Shown one piece after another: positions 37,807 through 46,554 of a stretch of 64,000 nucleotides of DNA. The stretch's first letter is position 1; every line of letters begins with the position of its first letter. Location of the stretch: NCBI GenBank assembly GCA_017394885.1, contig JAFPWO010000010.1:152010-216009 (forward strand), in the 5' to 3' direction. The translations under genes were made by a program, and so were the position numbers. A model generated the notes under the pieces. The model saw only the letters and a program-made list of their open reading frames with translations. It was not told the origin of the DNA and ran no database searches. Source of the DNA: Lachnospiraceae bacterium (GTDB lineage Bacteria > Bacillota > Clostridia > Lachnospirales > Lachnospiraceae).

Positions 37807-39789
37807 CTACCGTATCTCCGCGCCGGCGCCGACTTCCCGCTCCGGGCTCATAAGGGAAAGCTTGCCTTCCGCGTCCTCGGCGGAGAGCAGCATCCCCTCC
37901 GATACCAGGCCGGCCAGCTTCGCCGGCTTTAAGTTGACAATGGCCATGACGTTCTTGCCGACCATTTCTTCGGCTTTGTACCAGTGCTTGATGCCCGAGA
38001 TGATCTGCCGCTTCTCGCCGCCGAAATCGATCTCAAAACGCAGAAGCTTTTTGGACTTCGGGACCTCTTCGCAGACCAGGACCCGGCCCACCCGGAACTC
38101 GAGTTTGGCAAAGTCGTCATAGTCCACGAGTTCTTTATGTTCGATCGGGGCTGCTTCCTCTTTCTTTTCTTCCGCGGCCGGCGTTTCTTCCTTCGGCGCC
38201 GGAAAGAGCTCTTCCACCTTCTTCATGACGGCTGCCGGGTCCAGCCGGGCAAACAGCTGCTCCGGCGTTTCCGTCACTTTCGTCTCCGGAGTCAGGCCGA
38301 AGCGGTCCATATCTCCGAAGGCGCGGCAGGCCGTTCCCAGCTGGACAAAGATCTTCTCTGCCGTATCGGGCAGGAACGGCGCGAGCAGGGAAGCCCCGAT
38401 CGTAATGCTCTCGATCAGGTTGTACAGCACCGTGCGCAGGCGGTCCTGCCGACTTTCCTCCTTGGCCAGGACCCAGGGCATCGTTTCATCGATATACTTA
38501 TTGCAGCGCTTGAACAGATTGAAGATCTCCGTCAGCGCATCCGCCACGCGGAGCTCGTCCATGAGCTTTTCGCACTTTTCGGGGATAGCCAGCACCGCCG
38601 CCTTCAGATCCTCGTCCACGGCTTCGGCCGCGCCGACATCGCGCACTTCGCCGCCGAAATACTTGTTGCTCATCGCCACGGTCCGGTTGACCAGGTTGCC
38701 GAGGGTATTGGCCAGATCCGAATTGATCCGCTCCACCATCAGCTCCCAGGTGATCACGCCGTCGTTTTCGAAGGGCATCTCATGCAGCACGAAATAGCGC
38801 ACCGCATCCAGCCCGAAGAAATCGATCAGCGTGTCCGCATAGAGCACATTCCCCTTGGATTTGCTCATCTTGCCGTCGCCCTGCAGCAGCCAGGGATGGC
38901 CGAAGACCTGCTTCGGGAGCGGCTCGCCGAGGGCCATCAGGAAGATCGGCCAGTAAAGCGTATGGAAGCGGATGATGTCCTTGCCGATGACGTGCACATC
39001 CGCGGGCCACAGCTTCTTATACTGCTCCGTGCTTTCGCCGCCGCAGTGATAGCCGATGCCGGTGATATAGTTCGTCAGCGCGTCCAGCCACACGTACACC
39101 ACATGCTTCGGATCAAAGTCCACCGGGATGCCCCACTTGAAGGACGTACGGGAAACGCACAGGTCCTGCAGGCCGGGCTTCAGGAAATTGTTGACCATCT
39201 CGTTCTTGCGGGAGACGGGCTGGATGAACTCCGGATGCGTTTCGATATGCGCCATCAGCCGGTCCGCATATTTGCTCATGCGGAAGAAGTAAGCCTCCTC
39301 GGAGGCCTTCACCACCGGCCGGCCGCAGTCGGGGCAGAGCTTCACACCGTCCTTATCCACGACCTGGCTTTCCGTAAAGAAGGATTCGTCGGGCACGCAG
39401 TACCAGCCCTCGTAGCTGCCTTTATAGATATCGCCCTGTTCCCAGAGCTTTTTGAAAATCTTCTGGACCTCCGCCTCGTGATAATCGTCGGTCGTGCGGA
39501 TGAATTTGTCATAGGAGATGTTCAGGCTGTCCCAGATGCTCCGGATCAGTCCCGCGGTCTCGTCCACAAAGGTCTTCGGGTCCTTCCCGGCGGCCTTCGC
39601 CTTCTCCTCGATCTTCTGGCCGTGCTCATCGGTCCCCGTCTGGAAAAAGACGTCGTAGCCCTGCGCACGGCGGAAACGGACGATCGCGTCGCTTAATACG
39701 ATCTCATAGCAGTTTCCGATATGCGGTTTTCCGGAAGCGTAGGCGATGGCCGTCGTCAGATAGTACGGTTTTTTGTCATAGGTCTTCAT
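37807..39789 (-). CDS. metG: Methionine--tRNA ligase with C-terminal tRNA-binding (Trbp111/EMAP-like) domain
   Basis: YASGKPHIGN (HIGH region), KMSKSKGN, zinc knuckle CPDCG, and a C-terminal KLEFRVGRVLVCEEVPKSKKLL OB-fold domain. Confidence 0.97.
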   Translation of the reverse strand: MKTYDKKPYYLTTAIAYASGKPHIGNCYEIVLSDAIVRFRRAQGYDVFFQTGTDEHGQKIEEKAKAAGKDPKTFVDETAGLIRSIWDSLNISYDKFIRTTDDYHEAEVQKIFKKLWEQGDIYKGSYEGWYCVPDESFFTESQVVDKDGVKLCPDCGRPVVKASEEAYFFRMSKYADRLMAHIETHPEFIQPVSRKNEMVNNFLKPGLQDLCVSRTSFKWGIPVDFDPKHVVYVWLDALTNYITGIGYHCGGESTEQYKKLWPADVHVIGKDIIRFHTLYWPIFLMALGEPLPKQVFGHPWLLQGDGKMSKSKGNVLYADTLIDFFGLDAVRYFVLHEMPFENDGVITWELMVERINSDLANTLGNLVNRTVAMSNKYFGGEVRDVGAAEAVDEDLKAAVLAIPEKCEKLMDELRVADALTEIFNLFKRCNKYIDETMPWVLAKEESRQDRLRTVLYNLIESITIGASLLAPFLPDTAEKIFVQLGTACRAFGDMDRFGLTPETKVTETPEQLFARLDPAAVMKKVEELFPAPKEETPAAEEKKEEAAPIEHKELVDYDDFAKLEFRVGRVLVCEEVPKSKKLLRFEIDFGGEKRQIISGIKHWYKAEEMVGKNVMAIVNLKPAKLAGLVSEGMLLSAEDAEGKLSLMSPEREVGAGAEIR

Positions 39790-39862
39790 TGGCTTCTCCT
39801 TTTCGGCTCCGGCAGATGAGCCGGGCGCCGTATTTTAAGCCGAAAGAGCTTTCCGAAGCACG

Positions 39863-39915
39863 CAAAGAAAGCCCGTTTCAGGCACTATCTGTAAAATGAT
39901 AGCACAGAAACGGGC
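39863..39915 (-). terminator. Rho-independent terminator after lpd
   Basis: The minus strand reads GCCCGTTTC-(27-nt loop with its own inner pairing)-GAAACGGGC followed by TTTCTTTG. Confidence 0.75.
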
Positions 39916-39948
39916 AGATAGCAAGAACAAACACGGCCGGATGCGGCT

Positions 39949-41319
39949 TCAAATTCTGAAAACGGCTTCCCGCAGCACTTCTCCGACGGTCGGGTGCGGA
40001 AAGACGATGCGTTCCATCCGCCCGGCCGTAAGCTCCAGATCGATCATCATGACGGCACTCACGATGATCTCCGACGCGTACGGGCCGATGATATGGCAGC
40101 CCAGGACCTTTCTCGTCCCTTCCTCCACGACCAGCTTCAGGAAGCCTTCGCCGCGCTCGGTCTCGGCCAGGTACCGGCCGGAAAAGCGCAGCGGAAGTTT
40201 GATCTCCCGCACCGAAAGCCCTTTGCTCTCCGCGCTTTCCTTCGTCTCGCCCACCGAAGCCACTTCCGGGTCCGTATAGATGACCGCGGGCACGGTCTCA
40301 TAGCGGACCGGATCATCGATCCCGAGGATATGATGGACGGCCGCCTCCGCTTCCCGGTAAGCCGTATGGGCCAGCATCAGCTTCCCGTTGCAGTCGCCCA
40401 CGGCGTAGACGCCGGGCACACTGGTTTCCAGATATTCGTTCACGGCGATCGCCCGGCGGTTCATCTCGATCCCCAGATTCTCCAGCCCGAGGCCGCCGGT
40501 CGCCGGCGCGCGCCCCACCGAAAGCAGTACCCGGTCGCAGGCGATCTCCCTCTGCTCTCCGGCTTCCTCGAAAAGCACGGAATGACCGGTGATCTCCAGC
40601 ACCCGGCAGCCGAGCTTAAAGACCATGCCCCGCTTTTTGTATTCCTTCATCAGAAGATCGCAGATTTCCTTATCGGTCGTGCCGGCGATCTTCGGCAGCA
40701 TTTCAATGACGGTCACATGGCTGCCCACGGAGGCGTAGTAGCAGGCCATCTCGAGCCCGATCACCCCGCCGCCGATCACGACGAGCTCCTGCGGCAGCGT
40801 TTCGGACTGCAGGATCTCCCGGCTCGTCACCACAAAGCCGCTCTCCAGCCCTTCCTTTATGCCCGGAAGCGGCGGGATAGCGGTCTCGGAGCCGGCGGCC
40901 AGGATCAGCTTGCTGCAGAGGATCTCCTCGTCCCCGGCCCCGATCAGGAAGCGTCCGTCCTGCCGGCCGCGGATCACGCCCCTTTCGCGGATGATCGGGA
41001 CGCTTAAATTTTTCATCGTATATTCCACGCCGGCCACCAGCGTCTTCACCACTTTGGCCTTGCGCTTCATGACCCTGGCGTGGTCAAAGCTGACCGCTTC
41101 CGCATGAACGCCGAAGGCTTCGCTCTCCGAAGCATGCCGGTAGAGCTTGGCCGAATACAGCAGGGTCTTGGTCGGGACGCAGCCTTCGTTAAGGCAGGTG
41201 CCGCCCATCGCTTTTTCTTCGATCACGACCGCGGAAAGACCGCCTTCCGCCGCCCGCTCCGCCGCCATATAGCCGCCCGGGCCGCCGCCGATCACCGCAA
41301 CATCAAATTCTCTCGCCAT
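39949..41319 (-). CDS. lpdA: Dihydrolipoyl dehydrogenase (E3-type flavoprotein disulfide reductase)
   Basis: VAVIGGGPGGY FAD motif. Redox-active disulfide GGTCLNEGCVPTK. Second dinucleotide fold VVIGGGVIGLE. C-terminal HPTVGE. ATG 41319 sits behind AGGAGAAG. Confidence 0.9.
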   Translation of the reverse strand: MAREFDVAVIGGGPGGYMAAERAAEGGLSAVVIEEKAMGGTCLNEGCVPTKTLLYSAKLYRHASESEAFGVHAEAVSFDHARVMKRKAKVVKTLVAGVEYTMKNLSVPIIRERGVIRGRQDGRFLIGAGDEEILCSKLILAAGSETAIPPLPGIKEGLESGFVVTSREILQSETLPQELVVIGGGVIGLEMACYYASVGSHVTVIEMLPKIAGTTDKEICDLLMKEYKKRGMVFKLGCRVLEITGHSVLFEEAGEQREIACDRVLLSVGRAPATGGLGLENLGIEMNRRAIAVNEYLETSVPGVYAVGDCNGKLMLAHTAYREAEAAVHHILGIDDPVRYETVPAVIYTDPEVASVGETKESAESKGLSVREIKLPLRFSGRYLAETERGEGFLKLVVEEGTRKVLGCHIIGPYASEIIVSAVMMIDLELTAGRMERIVFPHPTVGEVLREAVFRI

Positions 41320-41446
41320 TGATTCTTCTCCTGATTTATCCAAAATTCGCAGCGGCGATGCCCCGCGCCGCCCCGGAAAGTCCCGCGGACAGCACAGGGG
41401 CGGATGATCCCATCCGCCCGCAAAAAGCTTCTATCCAGCTTCCGTA

Positions 41447-42955
41447 TTATTCGCTGTCGGTCTCCGACTCCGCTTCGTTTTCCGATTCCGTCACAAAATC
41501 GATCGTGAACTCCGTCTCCTCCAGAATATCGTCCGCGAAGAGATCGTTGTCATCATACGCGCGGAGCGTAAAGTGCAGAGTCTCGATCCGTTCCTTTCCG
41601 CTTTCCGTATAGACCTCGTTGTTCACGGACAGATTCCTGACGCTCCGTCTGCCTGCCGGGACCACATTGCCCCACCAGGCGGTCATTTCCTGGCCGTTGG
41701 CTTCCACGTTGTCAAACACGAAGAACAGCTCCACCTCCGATTTATTTTCGAAGTAAACCGTCGCGGTGTGATATCCCCAGGAATCCTCCTCCTCATCCAC
41801 GAAGATGATCGTCATCTGGTCGTTGTCGATGATCACCTTCTCGTTCTCCGATTCAGGGCGGTCCGGAACGACCACCTCTTCCGGCTTTTTGCCGGTCGGA
41901 TACAGCGCGAAGCGTTCCTCAAACAGATCCTCGTAGTTTCTGGCGCTGTACACCTTCAGCAGGAAGGAGATCTCATCGAAGGATTCGATATGGCAGCGTT
42001 CCAGCTGGGTATCCGTGAAGCTGATGGTATCGATCGCCTTCTTTCCGGCCGCGACCACCCTGCCCCATACCGGGTCGTTGGCGTAGCCGTTCACACAGGT
42101 CTCGTCCCAGGAGAAGCTGAGCGACTTGTCGGTCTTGTTTTCCAGGAAGACCTTGTAGCTCTTGCCGTACCAGCCTTCTTCGGCTTCGGGGAAGAAGATA
42201 AAGCTGATCTTGTCATTGTCCACCACGACGATCTCGTCCTCGCTCTCGGGACGGTCCGGGACCTTTATATCTTCCGCGCTCAGGCCGGTCGGATAGCAGG
42301 TCACGATCTCGCTCAGGAGCGGATCCTCGTAATAGTCCTCGTCATTCTGGATGATCAGCAGGAAGGAGAGTTCTTCCGGCTCCTCAATGCCGCAGCTGTC
42401 CAGTTCATCCTGATAGACAGCATAGGTTCCTTCCAGGGTCCCGCCTTTATCCGCGGTCTCGTACACGATCTGGGAAGTCATATAGCCGTTGATGTTCACG
42501 TCGTACCAGGTCAGGCGCAGATCGTAATCCGCCTTGTTTTCCAGCAGGAAATGAATCTGGTATTCCTGGCCGGACCATCCTTCCGCGGCCTCCATCTCCG
42601 TGATCACAAAGCGATATTCCTCCGCCTTGCGGGACAGGATCCCCTCTTCGGGTTCTTCCGTCTCCGGCTGTGTCTCCGTGGTTTCTTCCGTCGGCTCCTC
42701 CTTGGTCGCCTCCGTAGGTTCTTCGGTCGGCGCTTCCGTGGATTCCTCCGCCGGATCGCTGCTTTCGCTTTCCTGCGGCGCCTCGGTGGTCTCCGCCGGC
42801 GCGCTTGTATCCGGGGCCGCCGTCTCCGGGGCCTGGGTCGCAGCTTCTCCTGTGGTCGTCTCTTCCTGGGTAGCCGGGCTGTTTCCGCAGCCGGCCAGCA
42901 GAGCCGCCGTCAGGATCAGGGACAGCAGCAGGCACCCTGCTTTTCTGAATTTCAT
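41447..42955 (-). CDS. Lipoprotein with acidic linker and three tandem ~130-aa repeats, function unknown
   Basis: Lipobox MKFRKAGCLLLSLILTAALLAGCG. The repeats share the pattern ...EGW.G..Y.....ENK.D..L...W.....NGY... and each ends YPTG...VPDRPESE.E..V.DND. Strong GGAAGGAGGA SD. Confidence 0.8.
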   Translation of the reverse strand: MKFRKAGCLLLSLILTAALLAGCGNSPATQEETTTGEAATQAPETAAPDTSAPAETTEAPQESESSDPAEESTEAPTEEPTEATKEEPTEETTETQPETEEPEEGILSRKAEEYRFVITEMEAAEGWSGQEYQIHFLLENKADYDLRLTWYDVNINGYMTSQIVYETADKGGTLEGTYAVYQDELDSCGIEEPEELSFLLIIQNDEDYYEDPLLSEIVTCYPTGLSAEDIKVPDRPESEDEIVVVDNDKISFIFFPEAEEGWYGKSYKVFLENKTDKSLSFSWDETCVNGYANDPVWGRVVAAGKKAIDTISFTDTQLERCHIESFDEISFLLKVYSARNYEDLFEERFALYPTGKKPEEVVVPDRPESENEKVIIDNDQMTIIFVDEEEDSWGYHTATVYFENKSEVELFFVFDNVEANGQEMTAWWGNVVPAGRRSVRNLSVNNEVYTESGKERIETLHFTLRAYDDNDLFADDILEETEFTIDFVTESENEAESETDSE

Positions 42956-43002
42956 ACGATCCTCCTTCCTCGCTTCATCCTTCCCGAACAGCCGGCACGG
43001 CT

Positions 43003-43656
43003 TTATCCGCGCAGTTTTGCCTGCGGACAGCGTTCGATGATATACCGTCTCACAAAATCGTAATCCGTGCCGCCGATATAGACCTGGTTTTTATTAAAAG
43101 GTTCATTGACCTTGATAAGCTTCATCCAGCGGGACGCCCTGATGCTTTTTACCCGGCTGAATTCACTGTACATGCTGCTGCGGCTCGCCGAATTCAGGCC
43201 GATGCCGACCGTGGCCAGGCTTCCGCCCGCCAGGCCTGCCAGCACGGTGAGCGCGCCTAAGGCCTCGGCTTTCTTCACCTGCCTGGGCAGCTGCGTATGG
43301 CGCACGCCCTGCTCATCCATCTCGAAAAGCACGCAGTATTTCCCGCCCATGATCAGGGCATAGATGTAATAGCCCAGCGTGCAGAGGGCCAGGAAGGCCA
43401 GCATAAACTGCAGATGGAAGGCCGCGTTGCTTTTGAAGCCTTCCCACCAGTAGTCGCGGGCGTTCATGTTCAGCAGGTTGGACAGGACCCACTCTCCCGC
43501 GCCGATCAGGAGAAAGATCTTCCAGATCACAAAAAGGACGGCCGGGTTGGTATACAGATTCAGTTCATGGACCCAGCGGTAAACACCGTCGGTCCCCTTC
43601 AGGAGCTCATCCTCCCCGGGGGCGGACGCCTGCACGGGGGCTGTTTGCGTATTCAT
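43003..43656 (-). CDS. Hypothetical polytopic membrane protein
   Basis: ATG 43656 sits behind AAAGGAG. There are four or more hydrophobic helices (AVLFVIWKIFLLIGAGEWVL, FMLAFLALCTLGYYIYALIM, ALTVLAGLAGGSLATVGIGL). Confidence 0.65.
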   Translation of the reverse strand: MNTQTAPVQASAPGEDELLKGTDGVYRWVHELNLYTNPAVLFVIWKIFLLIGAGEWVLSNLLNMNARDYWWEGFKSNAAFHLQFMLAFLALCTLGYYIYALIMGGKYCVLFEMDEQGVRHTQLPRQVKKAEALGALTVLAGLAGGSLATVGIGLNSASRSSMYSEFSRVKSIRASRWMKLIKVNEPFNKNQVYIGGTDYDFVRRYIIERCPQAKLRG

Positions 43657-43696
43657 TTCCTGTCTCCTTTCCCGCCGGGAGCGCATATTTAGAGTA

Positions 43697-44467
43697 TTAT
43701 ACCGTTTCTTCGGGAAAATTACAAGTACGGAAGATTTTGCTGACCAGAATACTGAGCTGATACAGCAGGATCATCGGGACCGCGACCAGGATCTGCGAGA
43801 ACACGTCCGGGGGCGTAATGACCGCCGCGAGGAAAAAGATGAAAACGACGGCAAACGGCCGGGCTTTTTTCAGCATCCGCGGGTTCAGTACGCCGAAGCG
43901 GGACAGCAGCGCGCTGACCAGCGGCATCTCGAAAATAAAGCCGAAGATCGTGAAGATCAGCAGGACGAAGCTCAGATAGTTTTCCACGCTGATCTGCGCC
44001 GCGAATATCGTATCGTCGCTGAGCCGGATCAGGAAATTCAGCATGAAGGGGATCGTGACCGTATACGCGAAAAACGCGCCGCCGGCAAAAAAGAACAGGC
44101 CGGCGATCAGAACGACCCGGAGGATCCGGCTTTCCCGGCCGGTCAGCCCGGGCCGGGCAAAGGCGTAGATCTCATACAGGATCAGGGGCAGGCTCAGGAG
44201 AAAACCGGCCAGCGCCGCCACTTTAAACTGCTGCAGCAGCAGTTCCTGCGGCGCAAGATACACGAAGCGGTAGCCGTATTTCAGCCCCATGTCGGTAAAG
44301 ACGGCGATCAGTTTTTCCGACTGCGTGAGGGCCGCCGCCGTCAGCAGGAAAAACACCGCCGCGGCCACCAGGATGCGCCGGCGCAGTTCCGTCAGGTGGC
44401 CCGTGAGGGGCATATCCCCGCCGGTCCCGCCTGTTTCTGTTTTTGACGCCTTATTCTTCCTCTGCAT
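43697..44467 (-). CDS. tatC: Twin-arginine translocase subunit TatC
   Basis: MPLTGHLTELRRRILV plus six TM segments are typical of TatC. The start is uncertain: ATG 44467 overlaps the tatA end, and the alternative is ATG 44413. The first 52 codons of the track ORF overlap tatA in another frame and are rejected. Confidence 0.85.
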   Translation of the reverse strand: MQRKNKASKTETGGTGGDMPLTGHLTELRRRILVAAAVFFLLTAAALTQSEKLIAVFTDMGLKYGYRFVYLAPQELLLQQFKVAALAGFLLSLPLILYEIYAFARPGLTGRESRILRVVLIAGLFFFAGGAFFAYTVTIPFMLNFLIRLSDDTIFAAQISVENYLSFVLLIFTIFGFIFEMPLVSALLSRFGVLNPRMLKKARPFAVVFIFFLAAVITPPDVFSQILVAVPMILLYQLSILVSKIFRTCNFPEETV

Positions 44468-44648
44468 GATCTGCCGGCGCTTCTTCCGCTTTCCCGTCCG
44501 CTTCCGCCTGATCTTCCTCTTCCAGGCCTTCCTTAAACTTCCGGGAAGCTTTTCCGAACAGTTTGGCCAGCTTCGGGATCTGGGTCGGGCCCAGTACCAG
44601 AAGGGCAACCACGACGATCGCAATGATCTCTACGGTTCCGAGTCGCAT
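44451..44648 (-). CDS. tatA: Twin-arginine translocase subunit TatA/E (copy 2)
   Basis: MRLGTVEIIAIVVVALLVLGPTQIPKLAKLFGKASRKFKEG is the canonical TatA TM helix, hinge Gly-Pro and amphipathic helix, followed by an acidic tail. GAAGGAGGAAA SD. Confidence 0.85.
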   Translation of the reverse strand: MRLGTVEIIAIVVVALLVLGPTQIPKLAKLFGKASRKFKEGLEEEDQAEADGKAEEAPADHAEEE

Positions 44649-44884
44649 ACGTTTCCTCCTTCGGGCTTATCTTCCTGCGCCGCTTTTTCCGGCGGCGATT
44701 TCATCTCATCGTGAAAGGGTTCCATGACGTTATCCAGAATATCCTGCTTGACCTCCCCGCTGGCCCGGCGGAAGGACCGCAGGGCTTCTCCGAGCTTTCC
44801 GGCAGCCGAAGGAAGCTTCTCCGGGCCGATCACGACCAGCGCGACGATCAGGATCACCACGATCTCCCAAAATCCGAGTCTCAA
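44630..44884 (-). CDS. tatA: Twin-arginine translocase subunit TatA/E (copy 1), TTG start
   Basis: (M)RLGFWEIVVILIVALVVIGPEKLPSAAGKLGEALRSFRRA parallels copy 2. TTG 44884 lies 6 nt after AAAGGAGGAAG. The longer track ORF upstream has no SD. Confidence 0.75.
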   Translation of the reverse strand: MRLGFWEIVVILIVALVVIGPEKLPSAAGKLGEALRSFRRASGEVKQDILDNVMEPFHDEMKSPPEKAAQEDKPEGGNVCDSEP

Positions 44885-44948
44885 GCGCTTCCTCCTTTCT
44901 TTTTCTCCGCATTTCCCGCCAAGCCCCCGCTGCGCAGCGGTTTCCGTC

Positions 44949-44977
44949 ATCATAGCAGAAAGCAAAAGCCTCCGCAA
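44949..44977 (-). promoter_or_regulatory. Possible internal promoter ahead of tatA-tatA-tatC
   Basis: The minus strand reads TTGCGG (44977..44972), a 17-nt spacer, then TATGAT (44954..44949), in the 105-nt ispD-tatA gap. Confidence 0.35.
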
Positions 44978-44989
44978 CCGGCAGGCGCG

Positions 44990-45673
44990 TCAGCCGCGGG
45001 GCAGATCCTCCGGCGTGGTGATCTTTCTGTTGCCGCCGCTTCCGGGGACGAGCCTCACCCGGTATCCGGCCGCTTCCAGAAGGCTTGCGTCGTCCGTCGC
45101 CGAAAGGCCCTCCGCCTTTTCATAGGCGGAAAGCAGCGCTTCCCGGCGCGCCCCCTGCGGGGTCTGGACCAGCCAGGTCCGGGAGCGGTCCGTGGTGGAC
45201 AGGACATAGCCGTCTTCATCGCAGATCTTTACGGTGTCCCTGCTTTTTACGGCAACGGCGGCCCCGTCCGCGTGATCGAGCGCCGCAAGGCACGCGTCCG
45301 CCATCTCCGCCTTGACAAAGGGGCGCGCGGCGTCGTGGATCAGGACAAATTCTTCCGTGCACAAAAGCAGGGCGCGGTATACGGATTCCTGCCGGGTCGC
45401 CCCGCCCTTTGTGAGGGCAACCGGCGGCAGGGGCGTCTCTTTCTTGTCCCGGCAGAGATCCTCCGCCTGACGGACGATCTCCTCCAGCGCCGCCTGGTCT
45501 TCTTCCCGGCAGGCGATCACGATCTGCCGGATGGTCGGATGCAGCAGGAACACTTCCAGGCTGTGCTGCACCACCGCTTTGCCGTGAAGCGGCAGCAGGA
45601 TCTTGTTTACTTCGCCGCCGAAGCGCGTTCCGCTTCCGCCGGCGGCCAATATCAGGGAACAGGACTTCATCAT
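44990..45673 (-). CDS. ispD: 2-C-methyl-D-erythritol 4-phosphate cytidylyltransferase
   Basis: MMKSCSLILAAGGSGTRFGGEVNKILLPL is a typical IspD N-terminus. ATG 45673 overlaps the ispE stop (ATGA). Confidence 0.9.
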   Translation of the reverse strand: MMKSCSLILAAGGSGTRFGGEVNKILLPLHGKAVVQHSLEVFLLHPTIRQIVIACREEDQAALEEIVRQAEDLCRDKKETPLPPVALTKGGATRQESVYRALLLCTEEFVLIHDAARPFVKAEMADACLAALDHADGAAVAVKSRDTVKICDEDGYVLSTTDRSRTWLVQTPQGARREALLSAYEKAEGLSATDDASLLEAAGYRVRLVPGSGGNRKITTPEDLPRG

Positions 45674-46554
45674 GCTTCCTCTTCTTTCGCGGGCGGGACA
45701 AGGCCCTCGCACGGATAGAGCGCCCATCCGCTTTCCCCGCGGGAGAGCGCCGCAAGCGCCGCATCCCGCGCCGCCTCCGTCTCAAACAGGCCGAAGACCG
45801 CCGAACCAGAGCCGGTCAGGAGCGAGCCGGCCGCGCCGGCATCCATCAGTTCTTTTTTGATCTGCCGGATCGGCCCCGCCGCTTCTGCCGGCAGGACGTC
45901 CTCAAAATCATTATGCATGGCTTCCGCGACGCCGCGGATATCGCCTTTTTCCAGCGCGGCCAGCAGCGCATCCGTTTCCGGAAGGCGGCAGGGCCGGCGG
46001 AGATCTCCGAACTTTTCATCCCAGGCCCGGTACATGGCCGGGGTGGACAGGCTGAGCGCCGGCTTTATGATCAGAAGGGGCAGCGCTTTCCCGCAGGGAA
46101 CCGGGATCAGCTCGGTCCCGGTATCCAGCCCGCGCGCCGGCCCGTCACATAGCAGTGCCGGCACATCCGCGCCGAGCTTTGCCGCGATCCGCAGGACCGT
46201 CTCTTTCGTGAGCGCCCCGCCGGACAGATGCTGCCCCAGCCGCAGGAGGGCGGCCGCGTCGGCGCTGCCGCCGCCCAGCCCGGCCTGCGAGGGGATCTTC
46301 TTATCCAGATAAACCGCCTGCGGCGGCAGTTCTCCGCATTCCTCCAGCTTCCGCCAGGCCCGGCAGACCAGATTATTGTCGTTTTCCAGAGCCGGATCGG
46401 AGCAGCGAAATGAAAAGCATCCGGCCGGCTCCGCTACCAGAGTATCAAAAAGAGAAACCGGCAGGAAGACCGTGTCCAGCGTGTGGTACCCGTTTTCCTT
46501 CCGGCCCGTGATGTGCAGGCACAGATTGACTTTCGCGTGGGGATAAAGGATCAT
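45670..46554 (-). CDS. ispE: 4-diphosphocytidyl-2-C-methyl-D-erythritol kinase
   Basis: MILYPHAKVNLCLHITGRKENGYH, with the GHMP kinase motif PSQAGLGGGSADAAA. ATG 46554 overlaps the ispF stop (ATGA). The 72-codon upstream extension of the track ORF overlaps ispF and is rejected. Confidence 0.9.
   Translation of the reverse strand: MILYPHAKVNLCLHITGRKENGYHTLDTVFLPVSLFDTLVAEPAGCFSFRCSDPALENDNNLVCRAWRKLEECGELPPQAVYLDKKIPSQAGLGGGSADAAALLRLGQHLSGGALTKETVLRIAAKLGADVPALLCDGPARGLDTGTELIPVPCGKALPLLIIKPALSLSTPAMYRAWDEKFGDLRRPCRLPETDALLAALEKGDIRGVAEAMHNDFEDVLPAEAAGPIRQIKKELMDAGAAGSLLTGSGSAVFGLFETEAARDAALAALSRGESGWALYPCEGLVPPAKEEEA

Noticed and set aside
37984-39696. 570-aa + strand ORF. Similar long antisense ORFs occur at 56723..58240, 25523..27022, 41573..43063, 18683..19975, 21401..22585, 58610..59779, 50558..51547 and 28389..29417
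   Set aside because: Each lies entirely opposite a gene with unmistakable homology (metG, lplA/ABC, oppBC, lipoprotein, nfnA, SBP and so on). Their translations are Arg/Gly/His/Asp-rich nonsense without motifs. They are GC-rich shadow ORFs.
41370-41420. GC hairpin GGGCGGATgatcccATCCGCCC downstream of the 502-aa lipoprotein gene
   Set aside because: On the transcribed (minus) strand the T-run precedes the stem rather than following it, so I do not call a canonical intrinsic terminator. It may still be a processing or stability element.
44468-44623. 52-codon Lys/Arg-rich N-terminal extension of the tatC ORF
   Set aside because: It overlaps the bona fide tatA copy 2 in another frame, and the TatC-like sequence only begins at MPLTGHLTELRRRILV.
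44711-45785. 335-aa + strand and 189-aa minus-strand ORFs over the ispD region; also 45670..46770 upstream extension, 20853..21383 and 20201..20983
   Set aside because: These are out-of-frame or antisense overlaps of well-supported genes (ispD, ispE, traX, trpS). Their composition is Arg/Pro/Gly-rich, and they have no SD or motifs.
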